DNA from: a virus
Taxonomy: Duplodnaviria; Caudoviricetes
Length of the DNA stretch: 64,000 nt
Virus record (IMG/VR): IMGVR_UViG_3300028048_000038
Coordinates: 256,001-320,000 of that record
Strand: one strand, 5' to 3'
The notes under the pieces were generated by a model. The model was not told the DNA's origin and searched no databases. It saw only the letters and a list, made by a program, of their open reading frames with translations. Made by a program: the position numbers and the translations under genes. Below are positions 37,655 through 47,819 of this stretch, one piece after another; position 1 is the first letter of the stretch, and each line of letters opens with the position of its first letter.

Positions 37655-38396
37655 GATAATATCCCTCCCAATTTTCTAAGTTCATTCCAGCATCGAGAAT
37701 TACAATCATTGGTTTGCCATCTCTATTCACGATGCCATAATTCTCTGGTTTAGTTAAATCACCAATTTGTGTGTTCATGATGAACTCCTTAAGTTGTTTC
37801 AACCAAGGGTTTTTCCTTATATATTCTTCTATTTCCTTATGATAATAACCTTCGCCAATAGTATAATTTGTCTCAAGATAGCATACTATATCATATACGT
37901 CATAAGGAACTTCATTATAACTTCCTTTTGGATTTTCAAAGTAATTAATATATTCAGAACCCATTTGATTATAATACCTATAATAGAATGGTATATCTAT
38001 AATCTTTTCAAAATCAATGTCTTGTGCTGGTACAACATTCTCACAAATTACATATGAAAAATTCTCATCATTTCCGAATATTCTAACCAACAATGGAGAT
38101 TGTGTGTCTTCATATAGTTGGCACTCAAGACGATTCTGAGCTTTACCAGCTTCATATCTGCCATTCGCCAACTTTAGTACTAGGTTATCACTCAACATGA
38201 AGACACATCTAGAAGAGCCTTGCGCAACTGGTTCTCCTAACCATTTCCTACAATATTCAAATTGTAACTTTCCATTATATTCCTCATCAGAAAAAGCGTC
38301 ATTTCCAAGCACAGATAGTTCGTCAAATGAGAAACCTTCCCTATATGCTTCAAATAATCTTTTCTTTTGAGATTCGTTTATTTTAACTATTTTCAT
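37647..38396 (-). CDS. kinase-like protein with NESQ tag
   Basis: MKIVKINESQKKRLFE; QGSSRCVF..VLKLA, QN..E, DL...NYG, VILDAG. Confidence 0.6.
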   Translation of the reverse strand: MKIVKINESQKKRLFEAYREGFSFDELSVLGNDAFSDEEYNGKLQFEYCRKWLGEPVAQGSSRCVFMLSDNLVLKLANGRYEAGKAQNRLECQLYEDTQSPLLVRIFGNDENFSYVICENVVPAQDIDFEKIIDIPFYYRYYNQMGSEYINYFENPKGSYNEVPYDVYDIVCYLETNYTIGEGYYHKEIEEYIRKNPWLKQLKEFIMNTQIGDLTKPENYGIVNRDGKPMIVILDAGMNLENWEGYYRG

Positions 38397-38500
38397 TATA
38401 AAATATAAATATTTCTTATAAATATCTACATTTTTTCATTTAAAATACTTGATTTTTTCAAAAATATTTTTATATTTTATCAAAGATAAAATATAAAAAT

Positions 38501-40456
38501 ATGGCACTTTCTTTAACAAAAATTGAAAAAGCATATGAATTACTTAAGAATTATAAAGGTGATAATTCTTATATAATTAAGCTCAAAAACATTGCAATTG
38601 CTTATCAAACGAGAGCATTAAATGATTTTGAGTCTGAATATATTTTGTCAAATTACGAGAGAGAACCAAAGGAAATAAATAAGATTGTAAAAATTGCTGA
38701 TTGGTACGGTGAAAAGCTACAAGGTGATTTGGGAATTGATTTTGTGCCAAAGGTGTTGAAAATAACTTGGTTTCTAGGGGAGATGGATAACTTGTATCAC
38801 TTCTATATCATTTACAGAAGGTCACAAGAAAAAGCAATTGAAATATTTGCGCCAAAGAAGGCAATATTGACAGATTTCTTGATGGAAGACTATCATGATT
38901 ATCCATTCAATGTTGATAAATATATAACTGACAAAAGAACGCCTATGTCACATCAAATAGATGCAGCAAAATTTATGTTATCTAGGAAAAGGTGTATTAT
39001 ATCGGACGAACAAGGAAGTGGAAAGAGCTTCTCAGCCATTTTAGCAGCCCTAGAAGGCAATTTTAAACATGTGTTGATAATCTCCCCATCGTCAGTTAAG
39101 AAAACATGGGAGAAGGAATTAAAACTGCTTGTAGATGAAAATGACATTACAATTGTTCAAGGTTCGAAGTGGGATGACGCAAAGTTTACAATCATCAATT
39201 TTGACGTTCTTGACAATTTTTATGAAATTCCAGAACAAACGGTTAAAACTAGTGAGCTTAACGTTGATGATAATGGTAATGTTATAAGAGAATATAAAGA
39301 TAAAAAAATCGTCTCTAGGAGCAAGAAAATAATCGAGGAGGCAATGAGTAATAGCCAATTATTTCAGAGCCACTACGACCTTGTAATCATCGATGAGGCG
39401 CATAGATTATCCAATAACACATCAAATAGATTTAAGATAATTGCTGATTTGCTTAAAAGGAGTAACCCAAGGGGTATATTTGAGCTTACTGGAACTATGG
39501 TCACTAACACATCTAGAAACTTATATAATCTTTTAAAACTTATTGGTGTTCCAATTACCAACGATTGGCAATATTATATGGAACGTTATTGTGGAGCAAA
39601 ATTCTACTTTAAAAAGAATGAAAAAAAAGCTTACACAGCAATGTACTTAAAAGAAAAAGAAAAGGGTTCTTGGTATGATTTAACATATGATGAAAAAGCT
39701 GAATTAGACAAAATATTAGAAAAAAAATGTAAGAAATTATGTATCTTTGGTGAAGATACAAATATGGAAGAACTTCAAGAAATCATTAAGCCATATTACC
39801 TCAGACGTTTAAAAACTGATTTTGCTGAGATGAAAGGCAAAACTATTAAATGCATTCATTATGAGATGAGTGAAGAAGAAAAAAGGTCTTATGATGAATT
39901 ATGGGAGAAGTACCTTGAATTACAAGAAGATAAGGAAAAAACAGAAAAGAATAAGAAGCTTATTGAGGTCTCATTAATGCGACAATGGCTTGCTGATAAG
40001 ATGATTCCAAAGACAATAGACCTTGTTAGGAAGTGCATCGATGTGGGAAGAAAGGTAATCATATTCTGCGCTTATGATAATGAAATTAAGAAACTAACTG
40101 AAGAATTTAAAGATATATGTGTATATCATAATGGAAAACTCAATGAAAAAAAGAAAAACGATGCAGTCGAAAGATTCCAAAATGATGATGGAATTAAAGT
40201 ATTTATTGGAAACATATTTTCAGCTGGGGTTGGTCTAACGCTTACTAAAGCATCTGTAGTTGTTTTCAATAATTTCTCATTTGTCCCTAGTGATAACTTA
40301 CAATGTGAAGATAGGATATACCGCATAGGACAAGAAAAACATTGTACCATTTACTATCAGTCATTTAATGGCACATATTTTGACAAGATGCTTGAAATCG
40401 TACACAATAAAGAAGATGTTATAAATAAGATTATTGTAACAGAAAAAGAAAAATAA
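38501..40456 (+). CDS. SNF2-family helicase
   Basis: DEQGSGKS, IIDEAH, LTGT, YLRRLK, AGVGLTL, QCEDRIYRIGQ. Confidence 0.92.
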   Translation: MALSLTKIEKAYELLKNYKGDNSYIIKLKNIAIAYQTRALNDFESEYILSNYEREPKEINKIVKIADWYGEKLQGDLGIDFVPKVLKITWFLGEMDNLYHFYIIYRRSQEKAIEIFAPKKAILTDFLMEDYHDYPFNVDKYITDKRTPMSHQIDAAKFMLSRKRCIISDEQGSGKSFSAILAALEGNFKHVLIISPSSVKKTWEKELKLLVDENDITIVQGSKWDDAKFTIINFDVLDNFYEIPEQTVKTSELNVDDNGNVIREYKDKKIVSRSKKIIEEAMSNSQLFQSHYDLVIIDEAHRLSNNTSNRFKIIADLLKRSNPRGIFELTGTMVTNTSRNLYNLLKLIGVPITNDWQYYMERYCGAKFYFKKNEKKAYTAMYLKEKEKGSWYDLTYDEKAELDKILEKKCKKLCIFGEDTNMEELQEIIKPYYLRRLKTDFAEMKGKTIKCIHYEMSEEEKRSYDELWEKYLELQEDKEKTEKNKKLIEVSLMRQWLADKMIPKTIDLVRKCIDVGRKVIIFCAYDNEIKKLTEEFKDICVYHNGKLNEKKKNDAVERFQNDDGIKVFIGNIFSAGVGLTLTKASVVVFNNFSFVPSDNLQCEDRIYRIGQEKHCTIYYQSFNGTYFDKMLEIVHNKEDVINKIIVTEKEK

Positions 40457-40496
40457 TGTTTATTTCTTCTATTATTAACTATATTTTTTAAAAAAA

Positions 40497-40643
40497 ATGA
40501 GCATTGATAAGGGAATTTATAATAATGGTGTCAAAGGACTCTTGAGTTTATGGGAGATTGAATCATTGCCAAGAGACTATGAGGTATACAAGTCTATGTT
40601 TCGTGATGCAACTAAGAGAAGAGAAAGTGATAAACAAAATTGA
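40497..40643 (+). CDS. small hypothetical protein (48 aa) whose stop codon is supplied by the IS end
   Basis: MSIDKGIY...SDKQN*; TGA at 40641-40643 lies inside the IS right end. Confidence 0.5.
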   Translation: MSIDKGIYNNGVKGLLSLWEIESLPRDYEVYKSMFRDATKRRESDKQN

Positions 40644-41927
40644 CATACTCTCCTCGCTAAAGCAAGGAGATTCTTGACTCAAACGCAACCGCCTCGAAAC
40701 CAAGTGGTTCGATGGTCTTACCATTGCTCGTCAATTCGTAGATGCCCCTACGAAGTATCATTTCAGCAGCATGAACGTCACGGTCATGGACTTGCCCACA
40801 ATGTGGGCACACCCAACTCCTATCGTTCAAACTGAGATTGTCATTCTTATAACCACAGTCACATAACTTGCTGCTTGGAAACCACTTGTCAATCTTATGC
40901 ACAGTGCAGCCATACTTGGTTGCAACTTGTTCCAAGATGCTGACAAACTGTGCGTGAGCAAGGTCATTCATCTTGCAACCCCATAAGCGAGACATTCCAC
41001 TGAGGCACAAGACCTCAATGAATATACTGTCATAACGCTTGCATAACTCATGAGCAAGCTTCCATTGGAAGTCATTACGTTTGTTGGCAACTGACTCATA
41101 GAGTCTGCACAAGGAAAGCCTTGCTTGCTCCTTGTGATTGCTGCCACTGATACAACGAGAATGCTTCTCAGAGGCTTTCCTAATCCTTCTGAGGTCTTTC
41201 TTAAGGAACTGTGGGTTGTTTACCTTCTCACCATTTGAAAGGGTCAGATACGTCTTAAGACCAAAGTCAATGCCAATGCTTGCACCATCGTGTGTCTTAG
41301 CATAGCTCTTAGGACTTGCGTCTGTTATGACGTAAATGTACCATTCATTAAGGTGGGAACGCTTAACTCTCACTTGTTTAACCTTACCATCGTAAGGACG
41401 AGACAAGGAGAACTTGTAATCCTTCTTGCAAGAGTTAACGTGGAACACGTTACCACACAAGGAGAAGCCTCCTTGTTTATAACAGAAGGAAGCGAAGTCA
41501 GCAGTTCTTTTGAACTTTGGAGGTCTCTTTGCAAGGTGTTTGAAGAACCTTGCATATGCAGCATCAAGGCGTTGCAAGACCTCTTGTGCTGACTGCGAAT
41601 GAAGGTATGTGCGCTTGATGCGCTTTGCAAAATGCCTCTGCATTGCAGCGCAAGAAACGTATTTACCGTAGAGTCGGTAGTATCGTTTTTGTAGCGCAAG
41701 AGCGTGATTCCATACAAAGCAAGCCTCAGACAACATATTGTCCAAGTGACTTGTGTTTTTAGTTCTGTATTTGTATGAAATCATAGTCTTCAATATTTGT
41801 TGTTACAAAGTAACAATAAATATTGCGATGAATTGAAAAGTTATTAAAAATTAGAAAAAAAAAAATAAATAATTTTTCCCAATTCATCCCACGCCTAAAG
41901 GCAGTGGGCTTTCTTGGGAATTTTTTC
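40640..41927 (-). mobile_element. non-autonomous IS200/IS605-family element (tnpB only) with IS608-like ends
   Basis: Left: TTAC|N15-AAAG-CCCACTGCCTTTAGGCGTGGG hairpin; right: GAAT-CTCCTTGCTTTAGCGAGGAG-AGTATGTCAA; more GC-rich than flanks; no tnpA. Confidence 0.9.
40657..41784 (-). CDS. tnpB: RNA-guided endonuclease TnpB
   Basis: SYKYR, CFVWN.AL, GIDFGL, FIE.L, FPSSKLCDCG..WVCPHCG..HDRD. Confidence 0.93.
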   Translation of the reverse strand: MISYKYRTKNTSHLDNMLSEACFVWNHALALQKRYYRLYGKYVSCAAMQRHFAKRIKRTYLHSQSAQEVLQRLDAAYARFFKHLAKRPPKFKRTADFASFCYKQGGFSLCGNVFHVNSCKKDYKFSLSRPYDGKVKQVRVKRSHLNEWYIYVITDASPKSYAKTHDGASIGIDFGLKTYLTLSNGEKVNNPQFLKKDLRRIRKASEKHSRCISGSNHKEQARLSLCRLYESVANKRNDFQWKLAHELCKRYDSIFIEVLCLSGMSRLWGCKMNDLAHAQFVSILEQVATKYGCTVHKIDKWFPSSKLCDCGYKNDNLSLNDRSWVCPHCGQVHDRDVHAAEMILRRGIYELTSNGKTIEPLGFEAVAFESRISLL

Positions 41928-41939
41928 GTAAAACTAGGC

Positions 41940-42070
41940 TTTATAAGACTAATTGGAGAAGAAACTGATGTATATGAAAATAAAAACGAAATCATAAAAC
42001 TGATTAAAAATGGAAAATGATGAAACTGTTTATTTGTGTTTTATAAGACTAATTGGAGAAGAAACTGATG
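41940..42070 (+). repeat. exact 31-bp direct repeat (41940-41970 and 42040-42070)
   Basis: TTTATAAGACTAATTGGAGAAGAAACTGATG twice, 100 bp apart. Confidence 0.95.
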
Positions 42071-42411
42071 GATATTACAGATATGAGTTCATATTCACTG
42101 ATAATATCGATGAATTCTGGGGTGAGGGCTTTGAGTATAAACCTTGTTGTTTGGTGAATAATCTCATTCCAAATGATGAGTACATGACAGAGATTCATAT
42201 TGTGAAAATGAAGATAAAACTTGACTTAATACAAGATTCATGCTGCTTTGGCTTTCAAGATTGTACTGATGGCATTATTGCGCTAGCTTGGGAAAACATG
42301 GATGCATATGAGGATTATCCAGAGGATGGAAGGATATTCTTCAGATTCGGTGAAACTCTTGAAGAAGTTGAACGTAAACTTGCAATAAAGAATATTTTAA
42401 TGTTGAATTAA
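42010..42411 (+). CDS. hypothetical protein
   Basis: 133-aa acidic ORF. Confidence 0.65.
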   Translation: MENDETVYLCFIRLIGEETDGYYRYEFIFTDNIDEFWGEGFEYKPCCLVNNLIPNDEYMTEIHIVKMKIKLDLIQDSCCFGFQDCTDGIIALAWENMDAYEDYPEDGRIFFRFGETLEEVERKLAIKNILMLN

Positions 42412-42413
42412 CT

Positions 42414-42668
42414 ATGGTTGAACCAAAATTTCAAAAGGGAGATTATATAATCAGTAGAAATAGCGGTAATATGGGTATCATAAAAGGTATTACAAAAAAA
42501 GGATACTACCAATTCGAGGCATATTATGGTGCAATGTTTGATGAATTAAAAGACGTTAAGGATAAGAACTATGATTTACAAATTAATTACCAGAAATTCT
42601 ATGAACTATGTACGGAAGATGAAAAGAAAAAACTCAATGAGATAATAAAAGAAAAAGGAGAGAATTAG
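42414..42668 (+). CDS. hypothetical protein
   Basis: 84 aa, PKFQKGDYI start. Confidence 0.6.
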   Translation: MVEPKFQKGDYIISRNSGNMGIIKGITKKGYYQFEAYYGAMFDELKDVKDKNYDLQINYQKFYELCTEDEKKKLNEIIKEKGEN

Positions 42669-43060
42669 TTTCTCTCCTTTATTTGCCTTATTTTATCTTT
42701 TTCAGAATTGAAACCTTTGGCAAATCTATCTTGCATCTTTAAATTTCCATTTCTTTTTTCTTTGGCATAATTTGACACATTATAATAATCATTTATGTTT
42801 CCACTTGTTGATTTTCTTGCAGCCAATCTGCCCAATAGACGTTGACCATCTTCAGTGTCTCCTATTTCATTTAATACTTTATTAACAGTTTCTTTTACAA
42901 TATTATGAAGGTCAGATTCTGTTAATCTGATTATTCCCTTTTTCATATTCTTTGACTCCATTTGTATGTTATTTTCATTCTGTTCCTTTGAAGCTTGATA
43001 CATTTTTCCAAACCCCATAGCTTGCGCCAATTCAAACCCATTCTTAAAAGGTAGTGCCAT
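42665..43060 (-). CDS. putative cargo protein with internal RLTESDLH tag
   Basis: IIRLTESDLHNIVKETVNKVLNEIG. Confidence 0.7.
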   Translation of the reverse strand: MALPFKNGFELAQAMGFGKMYQASKEQNENNIQMESKNMKKGIIRLTESDLHNIVKETVNKVLNEIGDTEDGQRLLGRLAARKSTSGNINDYYNVSNYAKEKRNGNLKMQDRFAKGFNSEKDKIRQIKERN

Positions 43061-43062
43061 AT

Positions 43063-44466
43063 TTATTCATTGTTTAATTGTTTCATTATTCCTTCGTACA
43101 TGAAGTCTGCAACCTTCATGATTGAATCAAATACACTTGCACAGTTGTTTACATTCATTCCCCAATTTGCAAGGTAATTAAAATGTTCTTGTTGATTTTC
43201 ATAGCCAAATCCACTTAATACAATCCAAGCGCATAATTCAGCCTCTTGTTCGATAATGTCAGTACCTCTTAACATACTGCCGCCACGATAGAATTTCTTA
43301 AGGGTTGGATTTGTTGTACTGACAACCTCCCAGTGCATTATTTGGTGTGCTGTTTCATGAATTACTGTACTAAGTAAACCATGATTCTTCTTATCATCTA
43401 CAATTTTTACTTTTCCACTAATGCTAGCCGAACCACGTGAGCCACCCATTGTATCAACTGGTACAAACTCATAACTCTTAACACCAATTGATTTACCAAA
43501 CTCTATACAAGCATTGATTAATATTCTTTCTTTATTGGTTTCGTCACTGTCAGCATCATACCATTTGAAATTATTCTCTGGAAACTCTTCAGCGCCTTCT
43601 CCTTTAATCAAGTCTGAGATGTCATATGCAATATATTCCTTAAAACCTCCTTGTGGGTCTGGATACTTCGTTTCCCTATCCAATCTACGTTTCTGCGATG
43701 GAGTCAATTCACTGATTGCCTTTACCCCCTCTTTTTCAAGGAATCTTCTTACAACCTCATCATATTGAGCACCAAACAACTTCTTAAATGAAGCTGGCAT
43801 AGCCAATACGATTGGTGTTGCGTCTGGTTTTGGCGTATAGCCCATTTCTCTCCATTCACCCTTTGAGCGTACATCAGTAGCATTTCCTTTCTGTAAGAAG
43901 ATAAGAATTGTATTTAACAATGATAATTGATGTCCTCTATGCTTCGACATCTCAATTCTAAACCTCGTCAATTCTGCAAGTGCTTCCATTGTTTCCCTAC
44001 TACCAACACCTTGAGCAAGTTTCTTCTTAAATTCTTCAGCATTTGCGATAATACCATTACCATCAATACGTACTTGGTCACTTGCTTGTGCTTGCATGAT
44101 AATATCTTTCAACTGTTCAATTGATGCCAATACTTGTTCAATTGTTCTGTTGTTTCCACCCTCTGGTGGTGTTTCTTGACTTCCTATCTCTTCAGCAAAC
44201 TTTTTTATCAAAGGATAGACTTCTTGTTCGCTGCCATCCCAAATAATCCAACCCCAAGCTTGTGGTACACCCTTAACGTTTCTGATATATCTATTATATG
44301 GCAAGTATTCCATGCCATATTTTTTCATCAACTCTTTATTATTAAACGTGTTGTCAGTTGATAAATTTGGGTCTACATAAACCAATTTAAAACCTTTTCC
44401 ATTCTTGGTCTTTAATAACTCGTTTGCTGCTAATTCGTAATATTCTCTTAAAAGATTTTTTCTCAT
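43063..44466 (-). CDS. ArdC-like protein (ssDNA-binding domain + zinc metallopeptidase-like domain)
   Basis: SLLNTILI..Q..AT.V....W...G, YDIS, HETAH, EQEAE..A.IV, YLANW. Confidence 0.65.
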   Translation of the reverse strand: MRKNLLREYYELAANELLKTKNGKGFKLVYVDPNLSTDNTFNNKELMKKYGMEYLPYNRYIRNVKGVPQAWGWIIWDGSEQEVYPLIKKFAEEIGSQETPPEGGNNRTIEQVLASIEQLKDIIMQAQASDQVRIDGNGIIANAEEFKKKLAQGVGSRETMEALAELTRFRIEMSKHRGHQLSLLNTILIFLQKGNATDVRSKGEWREMGYTPKPDATPIVLAMPASFKKLFGAQYDEVVRRFLEKEGVKAISELTPSQKRRLDRETKYPDPQGGFKEYIAYDISDLIKGEGAEEFPENNFKWYDADSDETNKERILINACIEFGKSIGVKSYEFVPVDTMGGSRGSASISGKVKIVDDKKNHGLLSTVIHETAHQIMHWEVVSTTNPTLKKFYRGGSMLRGTDIIEQEAELCAWIVLSGFGYENQQEHFNYLANWGMNVNNCASVFDSIMKVADFMYEGIMKQLNNE

Positions 44467-44467
44467 A

Positions 44468-44857
44468 TTATTTAGGTAAAATTCTAATCATTAACTCATT
44501 TCTAATCGGCATATTGAGTATACCACTTGGATATGTATATGAATCATTCTTAATATTTCCATTAAAAGTAATTTCAAAAGTTCCCTTATATGAGCCAGCC
44601 TCCTTTGTGTCACGTGCTTTCCAATCATAGCATATGACGTATTGTTCTGTACAGTCATCATTCTCACGTAACTTAATATAAGCCTTTGCCTTTGCAACCT
44701 TTGTCACATTGGTATCAATGTTGACCATTGTAAATGTTATTTCAGCATTCTGAATACATTCATGAAACTTGTGAAAATCATGTCTGCCATCCTCAATTAA
44801 CTCCATGCGTAAAGTAGGGAGCGTACTATTCTGTTTCAAAAAGAAGAACTGTGCCAT
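44468..44857 (-). CDS. BppU-like Ig-fold baseplate/structural protein
   Basis: ITFTM, YDWKARDT..AGSYKGTFEITF; late motif 44876-44884. Confidence 0.55.
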   Translation of the reverse strand: MAQFFFLKQNSTLPTLRMELIEDGRHDFHKFHECIQNAEITFTMVNIDTNVTKVAKAKAYIKLRENDDCTEQYVICYDWKARDTKEAGSYKGTFEITFNGNIKNDSYTYPSGILNMPIRNELMIRILPK

Positions 44858-44922
44858 TGTATATTTCTTATTTCTTATAAATATTACCATTTAACAAATA
44901 TTTATTGTAAAAAATCAAGATT

Positions 44923-46233
44923 ATGTTAATACAACCAAAACCATATATGGATAAACTCAAACTACGTCACCATGCACATGGCACTGAGAGACGTAGGAAT
45001 ATGTCAAAGGTAATATTGGAGTATGGTACGCCATTTCCAAAACCAATCGAATTCAGTGACATAGACCAAACAATGTATGACTGGGTTGTAAAACACATAG
45101 ACGTTGTATATGATGGTAAGAAACTTCCTATCTATAAGCTATATAGCACGCAAAGACTAAGTGAGTATATACAAGAATGGGATAAACAAGATGAAACTGG
45201 AAATCCAATTATAAATTTCCTAACTGTAACTCGTGAACTTAATCCACAAAAGGGGGAAAGTCAAGGAAATTATTTTAATATCCCAGGTCATAAGGATTTC
45301 GCTATGTTCTATGTTCCAGTATTGCAAGAAAATGGTACTGAGGCTTATGATAAATATACAATGAAACAACCAACCCAGATTAATTTTATATATACCGTTT
45401 CTGTGATATCGAATAAGATGGAAATCATAAATAAGGTTAACGAACTTATGCATTATGAGTTTAATGCCATTGATTGTTATATTTCACCTAATGACCACCC
45501 AATGTCAATGACATTAGATGATGTATCTGACGAATCAGAATATACAATAGATGACCGTAAATATTACTCACAGTCATATAAGATAAAGGTTAGAGGTTAT
45601 ATCATTCGCAAAGAGGATTATAATGTTGAAAGAATACCTTCTAGAATGATTTTATCTTCACATGAATCTGATGCAAGTGGCATTGTAAATAGAAGAGGTA
45701 AGAATAGAAGGGAAGACGAAAAAGTTATATTTATGGAAGGTTTCAGCAATAAGATAGATGTAATGGCTAAAGATGACCATTGTGAAGTTATACCAATCGA
45801 TGAGAAAGATAAACCAAACATCATATATGAGCCTTCAGATGATAATGATAATTGTTGTGAACCAACTCCAAATAGATATTACAATAAAGTTATGAAGATA
45901 ATGATGAATTTCGATGATTGTACATTGGAATTGTCGTTTGTAATTGACAAAGACATGGTGCTTGAAACCGTAGAGACTACCAACGTACATGACTTCAAAC
46001 TTCTCATCAATGGAGAACTTATGAGCTTGGACAATGAAATAAAGTTTTATAAGGATGATGAAATAACAGTTAGAATCAGTAGGGAAGACCTGCAAGCTGA
46101 ATCAGAATTATTCTTAATAGGGTACGACCCTAATGTTGCCATAGATAGAGAGAATATTTCAGAGTCATCACTAGATGAGCCAAGTGATGAAGAAGACATA
46201 ATGATTAATTACCCTAACGAAGATGATATATAA
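44923..46233 (+). CDS. putative tail completion/terminator-type structural protein
   Basis: DIDQTMYDW, P.QINFIY.VSV, KIKVRGYI; late motif 44898-44906; tentative. Confidence 0.45.
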   Translation: MLIQPKPYMDKLKLRHHAHGTERRRNMSKVILEYGTPFPKPIEFSDIDQTMYDWVVKHIDVVYDGKKLPIYKLYSTQRLSEYIQEWDKQDETGNPIINFLTVTRELNPQKGESQGNYFNIPGHKDFAMFYVPVLQENGTEAYDKYTMKQPTQINFIYTVSVISNKMEIINKVNELMHYEFNAIDCYISPNDHPMSMTLDDVSDESEYTIDDRKYYSQSYKIKVRGYIIRKEDYNVERIPSRMILSSHESDASGIVNRRGKNRREDEKVIFMEGFSNKIDVMAKDDHCEVIPIDEKDKPNIIYEPSDDNDNCCEPTPNRYYNKVMKIMMNFDDCTLELSFVIDKDMVLETVETTNVHDFKLLINGELMSLDNEIKFYKDDEITVRISREDLQAESELFLIGYDPNVAIDRENISESSLDEPSDEEDIMINYPNEDDI

Positions 46234-47692
46234 AAGTTATATAGAAAAAACAGATACAATTATCTCAAATAGCAAACTCAATACTGGACTTAATCCTATT
46301 GCAGAGCTTGTATATGGCAAAGACACCATTGTATCTAGAGCATTAATGTATTTTGACCATTCTAAAGTCAAGAAACTAATGGATGATGGAATTATGCCGA
46401 ATATGGAGAAAATGAAACATGTTCTTCACATAACTAATGCTGGGTCTTTGGACTTTACGCAATTACATGAATGTGAAACAAGTTCAATCAATGAAAACAA
46501 GAAGATTCGTGCCACATCATTTGACTTAATCTTTTTCTTGATACCAAAGGAATGGGATAGCGGTAAAGGATTTGACTATTCAATGAATGCGTTAAACGTT
46601 GGCTATTATTCTCCAACACCAATTGACCCACAGAGATTGATATCTACTGATGGCTGCAATTGGTTTCAAAGGATGAATGGTCTTAAATGGGATGAAGAAG
46701 GTGTTTACAGCAATAGCACTCTTTCAGAAGAATATGACAAATTCTCTGCTGGAGAGTCTTCAATCATTATCGCAAGACAACACTTCGATGTTGGGAATGA
46801 AAATATAAACGTTGACATAACTAGCACATTCAACAAGTTTCTAACTAGCGAGTTAATGAACTACGGCATAGGTATTGCATTCTCACCATTATTGGAAACT
46901 ATGGAATCAGAATATGAGAATTATTTGGGACTTTTAACCAATAAGACGAACACATTCTTTGAACCATTTGTTGAGACTAGATATGATGATGTCGTATCAG
47001 ATGATAGAGCAAATTTCGTTCTTAACAAGAACAATAAACTATATCTATATTGCACAATAGGAGATACGTTACAAGACTTGGATAATAACCCAACTGTTAC
47101 AATTAAAAACAGTGATGAAGAAGCTATTATGGAGCTTGAATCACAAAAGCATACTAGAGGCATATATTATATCGATTTAAAACTCTCTAAGGGTGATTTC
47201 GAGGCTGATACGATGCTTTATGACACTTGGGGTAATATATCTTACCAAGGAACAAAATTGGACGATGTGGAACTTGATTTCACACTTAAAGACACGCCTA
47301 ATTTCTTTAATATAGGAAATTCACTAAATGTCACCAATACAACATTCACACCATCGATAAGCGGAATAAAGGAAAAAGAAAATATTAAACGTGGGGATGT
47401 TAGAAAGCTAATTGTATCAGCAAAGCCTAATTATACAGTTAACACTACACAATTGGTTGATAATATCGATATCAGACTTTACGTAAAAGATGGTACTAGA
47501 GAGATAGACGTAATCGAGTGGGATAAAGTTAATAAGGCATTCTCTGAAAACTTCTACGTCATAGATACAAACATCCTTATACCACAGAGATACTACGTTG
47601 ATGTTAAGATTACTTATGGAATGAATAGCATTATTCACCATGACGTTTTATCATTCAATATCGTAGATGATTTAAATAACAAATACGCATAA
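46223..47692 (+). CDS. putative virion structural protein
   Basis: 489-aa beta-rich ORF in a late operon. Confidence 0.55.
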   Translation: MIYKSYIEKTDTIISNSKLNTGLNPIAELVYGKDTIVSRALMYFDHSKVKKLMDDGIMPNMEKMKHVLHITNAGSLDFTQLHECETSSINENKKIRATSFDLIFFLIPKEWDSGKGFDYSMNALNVGYYSPTPIDPQRLISTDGCNWFQRMNGLKWDEEGVYSNSTLSEEYDKFSAGESSIIIARQHFDVGNENINVDITSTFNKFLTSELMNYGIGIAFSPLLETMESEYENYLGLLTNKTNTFFEPFVETRYDDVVSDDRANFVLNKNNKLYLYCTIGDTLQDLDNNPTVTIKNSDEEAIMELESQKHTRGIYYIDLKLSKGDFEADTMLYDTWGNISYQGTKLDDVELDFTLKDTPNFFNIGNSLNVTNTTFTPSISGIKEKENIKRGDVRKLIVSAKPNYTVNTTQLVDNIDIRLYVKDGTREIDVIEWDKVNKAFSENFYVIDTNILIPQRYYVDVKITYGMNSIIHHDVLSFNIVDDLNNKYA

Positions 47693-47694
47693 TA

Positions 47695-47722
47695 AAAGGT
47701 GGGCTTTTTACCCACCTTTTTT
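47695..47722. terminator. bidirectional terminator
   Basis: AAAAGGTGGG-CTTTTA-CCCACCTTTT. Confidence 0.8.
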
Positions 47723-47819
47723 GTATTGTTTGGAAAGCTCAATTACTTCCTTCATATCTTTCTGAAACATTGGTATTCCATCTTCTGGAAGATAACTGTC
47801 ATAGAAGAACAATATCTTC

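Noticed and set aside
37145-37672. WEGY near the ends of two adjacent proteins
   Set aside because: Four-residue match with no further similarity; likely chance.
41940-42070. 31-bp direct repeat as a minimal CRISPR array
   Set aside because: Two copies only, 69-bp spacer, second copy is coding, no cas genes.
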